From: a virus
Virus record (IMG/VR): IMGVR_UViG_3300028388_003025
Location: 15,121 to 79,120 of that record
Strand: one strand, 5' to 3'
Length of the DNA: 64,000 nucleotides
A program made the position numbers and the translations under genes. The notes beneath the pieces were generated by a model, which had not been told where the DNA came from, did no database searches, and saw nothing but the letters and a program-made list of their open reading frames with translations. The first letter of the stretch is position 1; each line of letters begins with the position of its first letter. Positions 1 through 8,599 of the stretch are shown here, piece after piece.

Positions 1-246
1 AATGCTGAACAGAAGATCTATGACCGCTTTGATCAAACAATTAACTATGTAAAAAAATGTCGCCGAAAGCAAGAGATTAACTCATATGAATCCCTAATGA
101 CATCAACTCCAATGTATAGCGCATATGAAGCCGTAGAGGCAGGGATAGACAGAGAGACTGCAGTCTATATCTTTATGAAGTATATGCACCCGTCATTAGC
201 CATGGTTACGCATAATAGTGTAAGTCAGGGATATCTTTCCACTTGA
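1..246 (+). CDS. 3' end of a hypothetical protein (truncated by window start)
   Basis: Frame 1 is open from base 1 (NAEQKIYDRFDQ...GYLST) to TGA at 244-246; same strand as all neighbours; not in the ORF track. Confidence 0.55.
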   Translation, partial: NAEQKIYDRFDQTINYVKKCRRKQEINSYESLMTSTPMYSAYEAVEAGIDRETAVYIFMKYMHPSLAMVTHNSVSQGYLST

Positions 247-272
247 ATTCAAAAACTCGTACATGCTAGAAT
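243..272 (+). promoter_or_regulatory. sigma70-type promoter (TTGAAT-18-TAGAAT, with extended -10 TG), leaderless start of the gene at 279
   Basis: TTGAAT 243-248, TG 264-265, TAGAAT 267-272, ATG at 279 (6-nt gap), no SD. Confidence 0.55.
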
Positions 273-278
273 GCACAC

Positions 279-818
279 ATGTTAAACCCTTGGTTAATAG
301 CACCATTAATTCTCGGCTACGGCACGGCGGCTGCATGGCTGCTGCGACTTTTTAAACCGACAACTAAACTGAATCACCTCGGCAATCTTTCAACAGGATT
401 TTCTGTAGCATTTGGCGAGGAGCTAATCTTTAGATATGGAATCATGCATTTATTTCTAATAAACTATATTGGCCTTGATCCAAACATTGCATTGATAACT
501 AGCGCGTCAATCTTCAGCATACTCCACTTTCTTGCAGGCATGTACCGCAATGGTATTGAATATGATACGGACATAGAATTTATCATGATAGCTATAGGAT
601 TGTTTCTATTAGGCTGTGTGACCGGTAAGTACTTCTTAACATCAGGCAATATAATAAATGGAATGATATTTCACGCAATGGCTATCTTTGCTGTACAAAC
701 GTTGACTGGCATCATGAACAATGAGGGTGCGGCTAACAAATGGATAATTGACAATGGTCATCAATTCATTCGCCTTCCATACGCTTGGGCGATAATGATT
801 CTTTTCCTAATCAAGTAA
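279..818 (+). CDS. CPBP/CAAX-family (Abi-like) intramembrane glutamic/metalloprotease
   Basis: Multiple hydrophobic helices; motifs EELIFR (EExxxR), FSILH (FxxxH), IFHAM (HxxxN-like, Asn not conserved). Confidence 0.8.
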   Translation: MLNPWLIAPLILGYGTAAAWLLRLFKPTTKLNHLGNLSTGFSVAFGEELIFRYGIMHLFLINYIGLDPNIALITSASIFSILHFLAGMYRNGIEYDTDIEFIMIAIGLFLLGCVTGKYFLTSGNIINGMIFHAMAIFAVQTLTGIMNNEGAANKWIIDNGHQFIRLPYAWAIMILFLIK

Positions 819-1166
819 ATGAGTATCAAAAAGATAACAAGAGAGTTATTAAAGGGCAAGAAGTGGCTACCAGTAACTTACTCAACAATATATGGAATGT
901 TAATACCAATTGCTAAGAAGCATGGCTACGCATTGGCATTGCATGGCTCTATGGTTCGAGACCTAGATCTTGTCGCAGTTCCTTGGACCGCGAAAGCAAG
1001 TAGTCATAGAAAGTTAATTGGATCAATAAAGAAAGCAATCGGATCGCCACAGACGATAAAGAATATATTAGACGATGTTGGCATCAAGCCACATGGCCGC
1101 AAGGCGTATACAATACTTAGTGGCGATAACACTTGGATTGACTTAAGCATCACATCCCTTATATAA
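819..1166 (+). CDS. Small Pol-beta-superfamily nucleotidyltransferase-like phage protein
   Basis: LALHGSMVRDLDLVAVPW (hGS..DxD) and a distal WIDLS third Asp. Confidence 0.6.
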   Translation: MSIKKITRELLKGKKWLPVTYSTIYGMLIPIAKKHGYALALHGSMVRDLDLVAVPWTAKASSHRKLIGSIKKAIGSPQTIKNILDDVGIKPHGRKAYTILSGDNTWIDLSITSLI

Positions 1167-1167
1167 T
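1138..1167 (+). promoter_or_regulatory. sigma70-type promoter TTGACT-18-TATAAT
   Basis: TTGACT 1138-1143, TATAAT 1162-1167, upstream of ORF 1228. Confidence 0.5.
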
Positions 1168-1183
1168 ATTCATGCTCGCAAGC

Positions 1184-1210
1184 ACGAACGAACGAAACGA
1201 ACGAAACGAA
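1184..1210 (+). repeat. Short tandem ACGA(A) repeat in the leader of ORF 1228
   Basis: acga acga acgaa acga acgaa acgaa read directly. Confidence 0.8.
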
Positions 1211-1227
1211 AGAAGGAAGTGATTTGA

Positions 1228-1650
1228 ATGAAGGATAAAACGTCTAAAGACGAGTTTGATTCCACGCTCAAGAAGGTAGCCAAGCAAACGTTTGATACCT
1301 CAGCAGTTTGGGAGATGCTCGCAGATCTCAAGTATTACGCAAAGGATATGTTAGAAGGCAAGGGCATGTCCTCGAAGAGTCCATTACTATTCAGTCTTAA
1401 TGTCATAAAGCCATCCAGGCGAGAGCTTGACAAGATTCTCATAGATGAGAATGGTAATTATCGCGAAACAATACGCGGAGAGCAGATAGCCTCTGTGTAT
1501 CATTACTTAGAGCACTCGGCAAGAGAATTCTCTAATTATGTACACAGCAAGGAAGAAGATGCAGAATATTTCTACACACATGTAATGTCATTCATATGGA
1601 GAGCCATGAATCGAATTGATGAGAATGTAGTGTTCTGCGCCGCATGTTAA
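1228..1650 (+). CDS. Hypothetical protein
   Basis: 140-aa ORF with purine-rich upstream (aggaagtga); no recognisable motif. Confidence 0.65.
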   Translation: MKDKTSKDEFDSTLKKVAKQTFDTSAVWEMLADLKYYAKDMLEGKGMSSKSPLLFSLNVIKPSRRELDKILIDENGNYRETIRGEQIASVYHYLEHSAREFSNYVHSKEEDAEYFYTHVMSFIWRAMNRIDENVVFCAAC

Positions 1651-1678
1651 TTAATTAGCCTGGTGTTTGCGAGCACCA

Positions 1679-1706
1679 TTGACAATTTAATTCATTAGTA
1701 TATAAT
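1679..1706 (+). promoter_or_regulatory. Consensus sigma70 promoter TTGACA-16-TATAAT driving the non-coding segment
   Basis: TTGACA 1679-1684, TATAAT 1701-1706; no substantial + strand ORF follows for ~380 nt. Confidence 0.7.
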
Positions 1707-1711
1707 ACATT

Positions 1712-2012
1712 CCGCAAAGTAAATGTTTGGTGGCCGAATAATGTGCTACGCAGGCATAAGGCACAGTTATTGATGGAGGTAACAATCCATTACCCAACGT
1801 CAAGTGATGAGGGAGAGGTAGCTGGTTCCCGCCCGTAGAAATCAACATGGACAGGACAGTCTTGCAAAATGATAACTACTGCGGAAGGGCGATAAGTTGA
1901 AAGACTAGGTTTAGGTGTTTGCTGGACTTGAGCAATTGTATTGTGGGAAGCCATGATACAGCCAGGCTTGAAAGGCGGCATGTAGATATTTCTTTCCCTA
2001 ACATTTACTTTG
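1712..2012 (+). ncRNA. Candidate ~300-nt structured non-coding RNA of unknown class
   Basis: Perfect 13-bp closing stem CAAAGTAAATGTT (1715-1727) / AACATTTACTTTG (2000-2012); internal hairpins at 1772-1791, 1811-1830, 1858-1906, 1919-1935 and 1937-1960; own promoter. Confidence 0.65.
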
Positions 2013-2056
2013 TTTCTTAATATTCATGCTACTATATATAGAGTGATTAATAATGC

Positions 2057-2085
2057 TTGACTCTATGACTTCTTTTGCATAAAAT
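2057..2085 (+). promoter_or_regulatory. sigma70 promoter TTGACT-17-TAAAAT, leaderless start of the packaging operon
   Basis: TTGACT 2057-2062, TAAAAT 2080-2085, ATG at 2092 (6-nt gap). Confidence 0.65.
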
Positions 2086-2091
2086 ATTCAT

Positions 2092-2394
2092 ATGGTTAAT
2101 CAAATAAATGAGACACCTCTACAACTAGTGTTAAGAACAGCAACTAACGCTATTGCAACTAAAGACAAGACCTTAATGCCGGAATGGGATGAGATCTTAG
2201 CAATTGAGTTAATGACTGCAGATAGCAGAATGGAAATGCCGATGGTCCTTGATTATGTTAACCGAGGCTTAATAGGCAGGTTCTTTAAAGCATTCTGTCC
2301 TACATTATTAGAATACGTATTAGAGAAGGCTGTTAGCATGTATGGCATGCAGCCGAAGGGAGAAGAGGATGCCAGTCCAGAAGAGAAAGAATAA
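2092..2394 (+). CDS. Hypothetical protein
   Basis: 100-aa ORF directly after a promoter; overlaps the next ORF. Confidence 0.7.
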   Translation: MVNQINETPLQLVLRTATNAIATKDKTLMPEWDEILAIELMTADSRMEMPMVLDYVNRGLIGRFFKAFCPTLLEYVLEKAVSMYGMQPKGEEDASPEEKE

Positions 2395-3079
2395 ATCAGT
2401 CGGCGATGGAGTCCGCGCAGAGTCAAGGCGTCAGCTATTGAGCTTAGCGCTGCATCTTGCAGGGAAGCGATTCGGACCTGACTTAAAGAGTTCATTAGCA
2501 GTTCACAAGTGTGGAATGAAATATTTTCTAGACAACGTTGCATTTCCATATGTAGTCTCTGCTTTATTGAAGGGAGACTTCCCTGACGACATGTTAAAGT
2601 ATTTAGTTGATCCTGTAGACCCTAACACTGGAACGCATATTATTGACAAGGTTCAAGAAGATGCGCGTATAGTTAAGGTTGATTCTACTACTGGCGAGGT
2701 ACAAGGTAGTGCAGAGCTAGACATGGCGATGGATACTGTCGAGACTGCAATGATAGATAGCGCATTAGAGTCTGACCTTAAAGATGTCACAGTTAATGAC
2801 ACTAAGCAAGATATTGATATGGTCGAGTCTGAAGAAGACTCTATTACTAAAATAGATGAGGATCTTTCAGAACAACTCGGACCACTTCCCGAACTGGAAG
2901 AAAAAGGGCAGGGGCTCCCCCCAGCATCTGCCCCTCCTCTCAAAGCTGAGGAGTATATTGAGGATGATGAAGAGATTGATAATGTATTAAACAATCTTGA
3001 TGTGTCGGGGATACCTGAGACACCTGAAGAAGCAGTCACCTCTACTTACAGCGTAGAGGAATTAAAAGGATTTGTCTAA
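2369..3079 (+). CDS. Hypothetical protein with an acidic, low-complexity C-terminal half (start probably ATG 2369 rather than 2342)
   Basis: ggagaagagg precedes ATG 2369; D/E-rich C-terminus; stop overlaps the next start (TAATG). Confidence 0.7.
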   Translation: MPVQKRKNKSVGDGVRAESRRQLLSLALHLAGKRFGPDLKSSLAVHKCGMKYFLDNVAFPYVVSALLKGDFPDDMLKYLVDPVDPNTGTHIIDKVQEDARIVKVDSTTGEVQGSAELDMAMDTVETAMIDSALESDLKDVTVNDTKQDIDMVESEEDSITKIDEDLSEQLGPLPELEEKGQGLPPASAPPLKAEEYIEDDEEIDNVLNNLDVSGIPETPEEAVTSTYSVEELKGFV

Positions 3080-4176
3080 TGACTCAGGGGGGCGCTAAAG
3101 ACAAACATACGGACTTAGCCAAGAAAGATGAGCTAGACCTAGCTGCATTGTTCGTTAGTAACAGAACAATTGCTGAAGGACCTTATGGATCTGCAAGAGG
3201 ATCCGATTGGCCTGACTATTGGTGGTATTCAGTTCTTTCATTAGAGAATTCTTTAGAGCGGAAGATATGTGGAGCTAGAATCACTAATGGCGATGTATGT
3301 TTAGAAGATCCTGGCGATAATGATAGATGTGCCGAACATGAGCACTTCACATTCCATGCACCTAATCCTGATGGAGCCTATTCCCTAGATGCTGCAAAGA
3401 ACTTCCTTATAAGTAGGATATCTCATTCCTTTGTAAAGAAATGCAGTAGCGCGTGCGTGATGATAGGCGAATGCCAGAATCCTCCTAAGGGAGAGCCATG
3501 CTTTAGAGAATTAGATGTTTACAACAATATAATACTGCATAAGCTTGCAGACAGTGTTAAGGTTGGCATACCGTTAACCTTTACTCAACTGATAGGATTA
3601 AGGCGATCAGCTATCAACGAGATCCAGATGTTGCGTAACGACGAGTTAATTGCAAGAGAAGGCACTACTGTTCGGCTAGAGAAACTAAAAGAGACAAGGT
3701 ATGGTACAGAGTCTGAAGAGACGTACATTGTTAATCCAGCCTTGATGGCTAACACATATTTAAACAAAGAGAACAAGGACTTGATGAGAGAGTCCCTAAT
3801 GACGTCGAAGGTACAACATGAGAGTAAGATCGCAGAGAAGAACGCAGAATCCAAGAAACTCAATGCTGCTTCTAAAGAAAAGGCTGCAGACATACTTGAA
3901 CATGTATTAAAGGAAGTTAATGACATGCCTGCGCAGATTCCAGGCGTTGGCTCGATGGATGAGGTATTAGCTGCGCATGCTAACTCGAATGCCAAGGTTA
4001 CCGACGATCATCTCAACGAAGAGAAGAAGACGATTGATATAGAGCCCGAGCAGAGTCCAGGCGAGTCGGTCGCTGTTGAAGGGCAGGTTGTAGTAGATGA
4101 AGACAACAACCCTTCTGTAATAGATGAAGAAGGAAACTTGAGACCATTGCCAGGCAGAGCGGAAGCGGAGATATAA
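3079..4176 (+). CDS. Probable terminase small subunit / Zn-finger DNA-binding protein
   Basis: ICGARITNGDVCLEDPGDNDRCAEH resembles the CGA..G..C......RC..H (HGGxSTG-like) Zn motif common in TerS; coiled-coil and acidic tail; two genes upstream of TerL. Confidence 0.5.
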   Translation: MTQGGAKDKHTDLAKKDELDLAALFVSNRTIAEGPYGSARGSDWPDYWWYSVLSLENSLERKICGARITNGDVCLEDPGDNDRCAEHEHFTFHAPNPDGAYSLDAAKNFLISRISHSFVKKCSSACVMIGECQNPPKGEPCFRELDVYNNIILHKLADSVKVGIPLTFTQLIGLRRSAINEIQMLRNDELIAREGTTVRLEKLKETRYGTESEETYIVNPALMANTYLNKENKDLMRESLMTSKVQHESKIAEKNAESKKLNAASKEKAADILEHVLKEVNDMPAQIPGVGSMDEVLAAHANSNAKVTDDHLNEEKKTIDIEPEQSPGESVAVEGQVVVDEDNNPSVIDEEGNLRPLPGRAEAEI

Positions 4177-4644
4177 GTGGCCGTGACAATTGCGATAACT
4201 GAGAATAGCAAGTATACAGTAGATACTGCATCATCTTCCGAGATTATGCCGCGACTCCGCCGTGACTCAGTATGTGTTGAGTGTCCGAGGAAATTCGAAT
4301 GCCTTATGGGTGAAAACCAAAAGGAACCTATAACGTTGCTAGGTGATAGCGAATGCTTCCACAGAATGGTAGCCGACAGGATTGCGTCGATCTATGATGC
4401 TGGCGAGACCATTATTTATAGTCTAGAGGTATCATTCGACAGGTTACTTAGCGATAAGCGCAAGGACAATGGATTGTCTGTATGTGTAAAGATCGTGAGC
4501 AGCAAAGACAAGCTTAACCTGTGCATTGAGGCAGTTTTCGGATATGACATCATTATAAGACAAGAACTCATGGATAAAGTAATTATGACTCATAACACGT
4601 TCGGCTATACCTCATCAGAGTTTGTAACTAAGGTAGAGCGCTAA
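4177..4644 (+). CDS. Hypothetical protein with CxxC-x5-C motif
   Basis: GTG start directly after the upstream stop; CVECPRKFEC; stop abuts the TerL ATG. Confidence 0.65.
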   Translation: MAVTIAITENSKYTVDTASSSEIMPRLRRDSVCVECPRKFECLMGENQKEPITLLGDSECFHRMVADRIASIYDAGETIIYSLEVSFDRLLSDKRKDNGLSVCVKIVSSKDKLNLCIEAVFGYDIIIRQELMDKVIMTHNTFGYTSSEFVTKVER

Positions 4645-6426
4645 ATGGTTTTAGAAGTAGACAATTATAAGCTAGAGTACGAGGGAAATAAACTTTATCT
4701 CCCTCTTACCGACTTATTAAAGAACGAACCTCACCAGACGGAGCCATATCATCCTCAAGGTATATATATAAGAAACAAGATGGTCAGGAAGATAACTGAC
4801 CGTACCGATCTTGACCAGGCGGGCAAAGATTCCCTATTAAGGAAGTTAGACAAGCGAGTATTTACATACGACCACTTCAGGACAGACACTGGCGAACGGA
4901 TGGAGCTTCGACCTTATCAGGTAGGGCTAGCAAATACATGGGCACCTAACATAGCGAACCAATCAAGTCGATCAGTAGGTAAATCAACTTTAATCGAAGT
5001 TGAGGCACTATGGGGCGCGGAAGTATTCCCGGGGTTCCAGACATTGATAGCAACTCAGGGTGAGTCGCAGCTATATCCTATTATGGAGCGTATTATATAT
5101 AGAATAAACAATGATCCATACTTAAAGTCTCAATTGGCAAAGAAGCCGGTACGTAATCCTAAGTATCACATAGTATTCAAGAACGGTCACCAGATATGGG
5201 GATCTATCGCTGGGCCAGACGGAACAAACTTTAACGGGCTTCATGTTCACAGGATATTGGTTGATGAATCGCAGATCATGACGAAGAAGGCATGGACTGA
5301 GTTATGGCGTTGTCGAAACATGGGATCGTTAACTTCAATTAGAATTATGGGCGTGCCTAACGGATTACGGGACAGAAAGTTCTTTGACCTTACTAACGAC
5401 CGCAAACATTGGGAGTGGTTTCATTTTACTCAGTGCATGTTACCTGAATCTAACTTCAATGAAGTAATTAGTGGTGCGAAGGAATATTCCGACATCGGCT
5501 ACCCTGACTTTAACAATCCTGATTTCCTTCAGCAGTTTCTTGGATTGCATGCGGTACCTAGTAGAACTGGTATTGATTTCGATGCATACCTTAAAACAAT
5601 AAAAGAATATGCTTTCTATCAGATCATTGATATACCTAGGTCAGTATTCCCAGAGATCATAACTGAAGACCCAGAACCGATTGCAAGATCGTTCATGGAC
5701 TTTGCTGGCGATCAGGTAAAGGAGATCGACCATTTTATTAAAGACGAAGGGGTTAGCAAGATATTTGCTGGGGCTGACCTTGGTTATGCATCCGACCCTA
5801 CAGAAGTAGTATTATTTTACGAAGACCCTGCTAATAACAATAAGTTAACTGCGATGTGTAGATTCCACTTCGAACGTATTGATTATCCAATCCAGTGTGC
5901 ATTACTAGAATTTTTATTCAATCGCTACCCGATAGTTCGAATGGGCATCGACCTTGGTAACAATGGTCTTGCTGTCCATCAATTCATGATGGCTAAGTCG
6001 TCAAAGTATTCCGAGCGGCTGCGAGGCTTCTTCGCCAACCAGAAGATACTAGTTGGGTACACTGCCGACGATCATGAACAGATAAGGCAGATGAAAGAGT
6101 TTACTACATCAAAGATAAACTCACTTTGCATATCTGATTCAATTACATACAAGCGAGACAAGTTCCGTACCGATCAATACTCTAATGTAGTATATAGAAT
6201 AACATCTGCAGGTAACACTGTATTTCCAAAGGGTAATGATCACATCCTTGATGCCGACAGGTGTATGGTAGCGGCATGGCACTTATATAGAGAACGCTTA
6301 GAAGAGGGTGGTGGTGAAGGAGCGCTTGATCAAAATTTCATTGCATCATTAAAGACGAAGTCACATTTATCTAACAATCCATCTGGAAGTAAGATTGCAG
6401 GTGTTGGGATATTGCCATCAGTTTAG
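4645..6426 (+). CDS. terL: Terminase large subunit
   Basis: LRPYQ adenine-binding motif, Walker A SRSVGKST, Walker B RILVDESQ, RNase H-like nuclease AGADLG...MGIDLG...DHILDA. Confidence 0.93.
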   Translation: MVLEVDNYKLEYEGNKLYLPLTDLLKNEPHQTEPYHPQGIYIRNKMVRKITDRTDLDQAGKDSLLRKLDKRVFTYDHFRTDTGERMELRPYQVGLANTWAPNIANQSSRSVGKSTLIEVEALWGAEVFPGFQTLIATQGESQLYPIMERIIYRINNDPYLKSQLAKKPVRNPKYHIVFKNGHQIWGSIAGPDGTNFNGLHVHRILVDESQIMTKKAWTELWRCRNMGSLTSIRIMGVPNGLRDRKFFDLTNDRKHWEWFHFTQCMLPESNFNEVISGAKEYSDIGYPDFNNPDFLQQFLGLHAVPSRTGIDFDAYLKTIKEYAFYQIIDIPRSVFPEIITEDPEPIARSFMDFAGDQVKEIDHFIKDEGVSKIFAGADLGYASDPTEVVLFYEDPANNNKLTAMCRFHFERIDYPIQCALLEFLFNRYPIVRMGIDLGNNGLAVHQFMMAKSSKYSERLRGFFANQKILVGYTADDHEQIRQMKEFTTSKINSLCISDSITYKRDKFRTDQYSNVVYRITSAGNTVFPKGNDHILDADRCMVAAWHLYRERLEEGGGEGALDQNFIASLKTKSHLSNNPSGSKIAGVGILPSV

Positions 6427-6427
6427 A

Positions 6428-6456
6428 TTGAATTGGTGATTGATTTATTATATGAT
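6428..6456 (+). promoter_or_regulatory. sigma70 promoter TTGAAT-17-TATGAT
   Basis: TTGAAT 6428-6433, TATGAT 6451-6456, SD gagggag before ATG 6471. Confidence 0.55.
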
Positions 6457-6470
6457 AGAGGGAGCGAAAA

Positions 6471-6677
6471 ATGAATAACAAGAAAATAAAGCAGAGGCCG
6501 GTAACGTCTCCGCCTCCAAAGGAGAATAAAATATTTTTAAGCAAGGCGCAAGCCGAACTTTTAAAATTCATGGAGGAAAAGCTTTATGGCAAGTTGACTC
6601 TAGTAATAGAGAAGGGCGAGCCGAAAAGAATATTGAACGCCGAGTATTCGATAAAACTAAGGAATAGTAGTATATAA
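6471..6677 (+). CDS. Small protein, DUF2292/YezD-like
   Basis: LLKFMEEKLYGKLTLVIEKGEPKRI fits the helix + YGxLxLxIxxGxP beta-hairpin pattern of DUF2292-like proteins; SD present. Confidence 0.55.
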   Translation: MNNKKIKQRPVTSPPPKENKIFLSKAQAELLKFMEEKLYGKLTLVIEKGEPKRILNAEYSIKLRNSSI

Positions 6678-6678
6678 T

Positions 6679-6843
6679 ATGGCACAACAAGAAGAGTTAG
6701 TATTTATTTCGGACAGGCAGCTTGGCCTATTAAAATTTATTGAAGCCTTCGATGCCGACAGTGGAGCTATCGAAATTAGTTTTGAGAATGGCGACCCAGT
6801 TATAATCTCTATGGCAGAGAAGGAAGAGAAGGTACTTAGTTAA
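6679..6843 (+). CDS. 54-aa small protein, paralogue of 6471..6677 (absent from ORF track)
   Basis: MAQQEELVFISDRQLGLLKFIEAFDADSGAIEISFENGDPVIISMAEKEEKVLS*; aligns with IFLSKAQAELLKFMEE...IEKGEP; its TAA overlaps the portal ATG. Confidence 0.7.
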   Translation: MAQQEELVFISDRQLGLLKFIEAFDADSGAIEISFENGDPVIISMAEKEEKVLS

Positions 6844-8516
6844 TGTTTGAAGAAATAAGAAAGACTTTCAAGCCTGGTGGTTTTAATAATTTTGGGAAGC
6901 CCACCAAGGCACCAAACCCTAGACTGCCATATAGCCAAGTAAACAAGAAGCCATCTTTACTGGATAAGATAAAGAAGGTAAGACCAAAAGAAGTTACTGA
7001 ACCTGATTATATAGTAGGCAAAGGCAAGATCAATGGCATAAGACCAAAGTCACATGCAACTGACCCTGGCCTTGATGCATTAAAACAAAAAGAGACATTA
7101 TACTTCCCAACCTTCGAAGATAGTATATACACATTAACAAAAGCGAAGGCAAAGCTTTATCGCTTCATGCGAGACACTATTCCTGATATTGATGCAGGTA
7201 TCTGGGCATGGACTAGAATTTGTGACACAAAAAGAAAATTAATTATAAATGGCGGGACTGACATTCAAAAGGCTAAGGCTCTTGAGATTGTCAACATGTT
7301 GGATGAACGTTTATATGAACATGACTTCGTTAAGGCATCTGGTTTTGATTTATTATCAGGCCGTGCATTCATGGATATGTTCACTACTGGATCATCAGCT
7401 GGTGAGGTATGGATTGGCAATGGTGGTAGACAAGTTAACAAATTCCTGACAGTACCACCTGAGAGTATAAGATTTAAAAGAAAGAACAGAGTTGAAGTTG
7501 AAGCGTACCAATATTGGGAGTCTTCAAACAAACTTGCGAAGTTAAATAAGAATACCTTCATATATATGCCACTCAATCTAGAGAGTGCAGAGCTTTATGG
7601 TAAATCAATGTTAACTTCTATTCCATTCGTTTCATTAATACAAAATCAATTAATGAGAGACATGTCTGCAGCAATGCACAATGCTGGCTACACAAAGTAT
7701 CACTATTCAATGACTCCACCTCCAAAGTTGGCTGGCGAGTCAAAGGACGCATACACACAAAGAATCTCTAGCCAGTTCAATGAATTCATTATGCAAATGA
7801 CTAAACTGAATCCAGAAGACAACATTGCTACTTATGACAACATAGACGTAAAGGTTCCTAGCGGAAGCGGTGGCGGTGGCGGCAGCGCAGTAGTCTGGTA
7901 TGATTCGTATAAAGCGGTAGAGGAACAGATCATATCTGGGTTAAAGCTTGCGCCATTCATGATTGGTAGAAACTATGACACCACCGGCGAATTTGGTACA
8001 GCACAGTATGATTTAATTTTAAGAAACGCAACTGCAGTTCAAAGAATAGTTGGAAACATGCTTGCCTGGTTAGCAAACTTAGAGCTAGCAATGAAAGGTT
8101 CTCCATGCCGAGTCCAGATTGAGTATGACAACACTCGTACGGTTGGTGCGCTGTTAGAATCACAAGCTGAGCTAATGAGAACAAAAGCTACTATAATAAA
8201 GCGTAATGAAGGAATCTTATCTCAGAAAGAAACTGCCGAGGAGTTAGGCTATGATCAATACGATCATGATGGACCTAACCCTAAATTTATGAACTCGCAA
8301 ATATCAGTTGACCAAGTGGGAGACACAATGCCTACTAATGGCCAGGCTTCGCTAGACAATATGTCTGAGCAAGAGATATTAAGATTAACTGATCGTGACA
8401 TATTGGATATGAATTTAGATGCAAAGACGATTCGTGAGATTAGACTATTCAAAAGAGATGAGGCTAGCAAAAAACATAGACACATCGAAGAGACTCACGA
8501 TATTGATTTTGGCTAA
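6843..8516 (+). CDS. Portal protein
   Basis: Lies between TerL and the protease; 557 aa; portal-like segments LYGKSMLTS, EQIISGLKLAPFMIG, GILSQKETAEELG. Confidence 0.85.
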   Translation: MFEEIRKTFKPGGFNNFGKPTKAPNPRLPYSQVNKKPSLLDKIKKVRPKEVTEPDYIVGKGKINGIRPKSHATDPGLDALKQKETLYFPTFEDSIYTLTKAKAKLYRFMRDTIPDIDAGIWAWTRICDTKRKLIINGGTDIQKAKALEIVNMLDERLYEHDFVKASGFDLLSGRAFMDMFTTGSSAGEVWIGNGGRQVNKFLTVPPESIRFKRKNRVEVEAYQYWESSNKLAKLNKNTFIYMPLNLESAELYGKSMLTSIPFVSLIQNQLMRDMSAAMHNAGYTKYHYSMTPPPKLAGESKDAYTQRISSQFNEFIMQMTKLNPEDNIATYDNIDVKVPSGSGGGGGSAVVWYDSYKAVEEQIISGLKLAPFMIGRNYDTTGEFGTAQYDLILRNATAVQRIVGNMLAWLANLELAMKGSPCRVQIEYDNTRTVGALLESQAELMRTKATIIKRNEGILSQKETAEELGYDQYDHDGPNPKFMNSQISVDQVGDTMPTNGQASLDNMSEQEILRLTDRDILDMNLDAKTIREIRLFKRDEASKKHRHIEETHDIDFG

Positions 8517-8599
8517 TTTGTTATGTTATACTTTAACATATCCGAGAAGAGCGAGCGGCCTTCCGAGATACCAAATATAAAAATGGAGGTCCGCGCTTA
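8503..8599 (+). promoter_or_regulatory. Head-operon promoter (TTGATT-18-TATACT, with extended -10 TG) and 5'UTR hairpin covering the SD
   Basis: TTGATT 8503-8508, TG 8524-8525, TATACT 8527-8532; GCGGCCTTCC 8555-8564 pairs 9/10 with GGAGGTCCGC 8585-8594. Confidence 0.6.

Noticed and set aside
1184-1210. CRISPR array or iteron origin
   Set aside because: Units are 4-5 bp with no spacers; no repeat-spacer array was seen anywhere in the window.
1790-1981. 63-aa minus-strand ORF in the intergenic region
   Set aside because: No SD or motif; the region is better explained by a + strand promoter and extensive base pairing.
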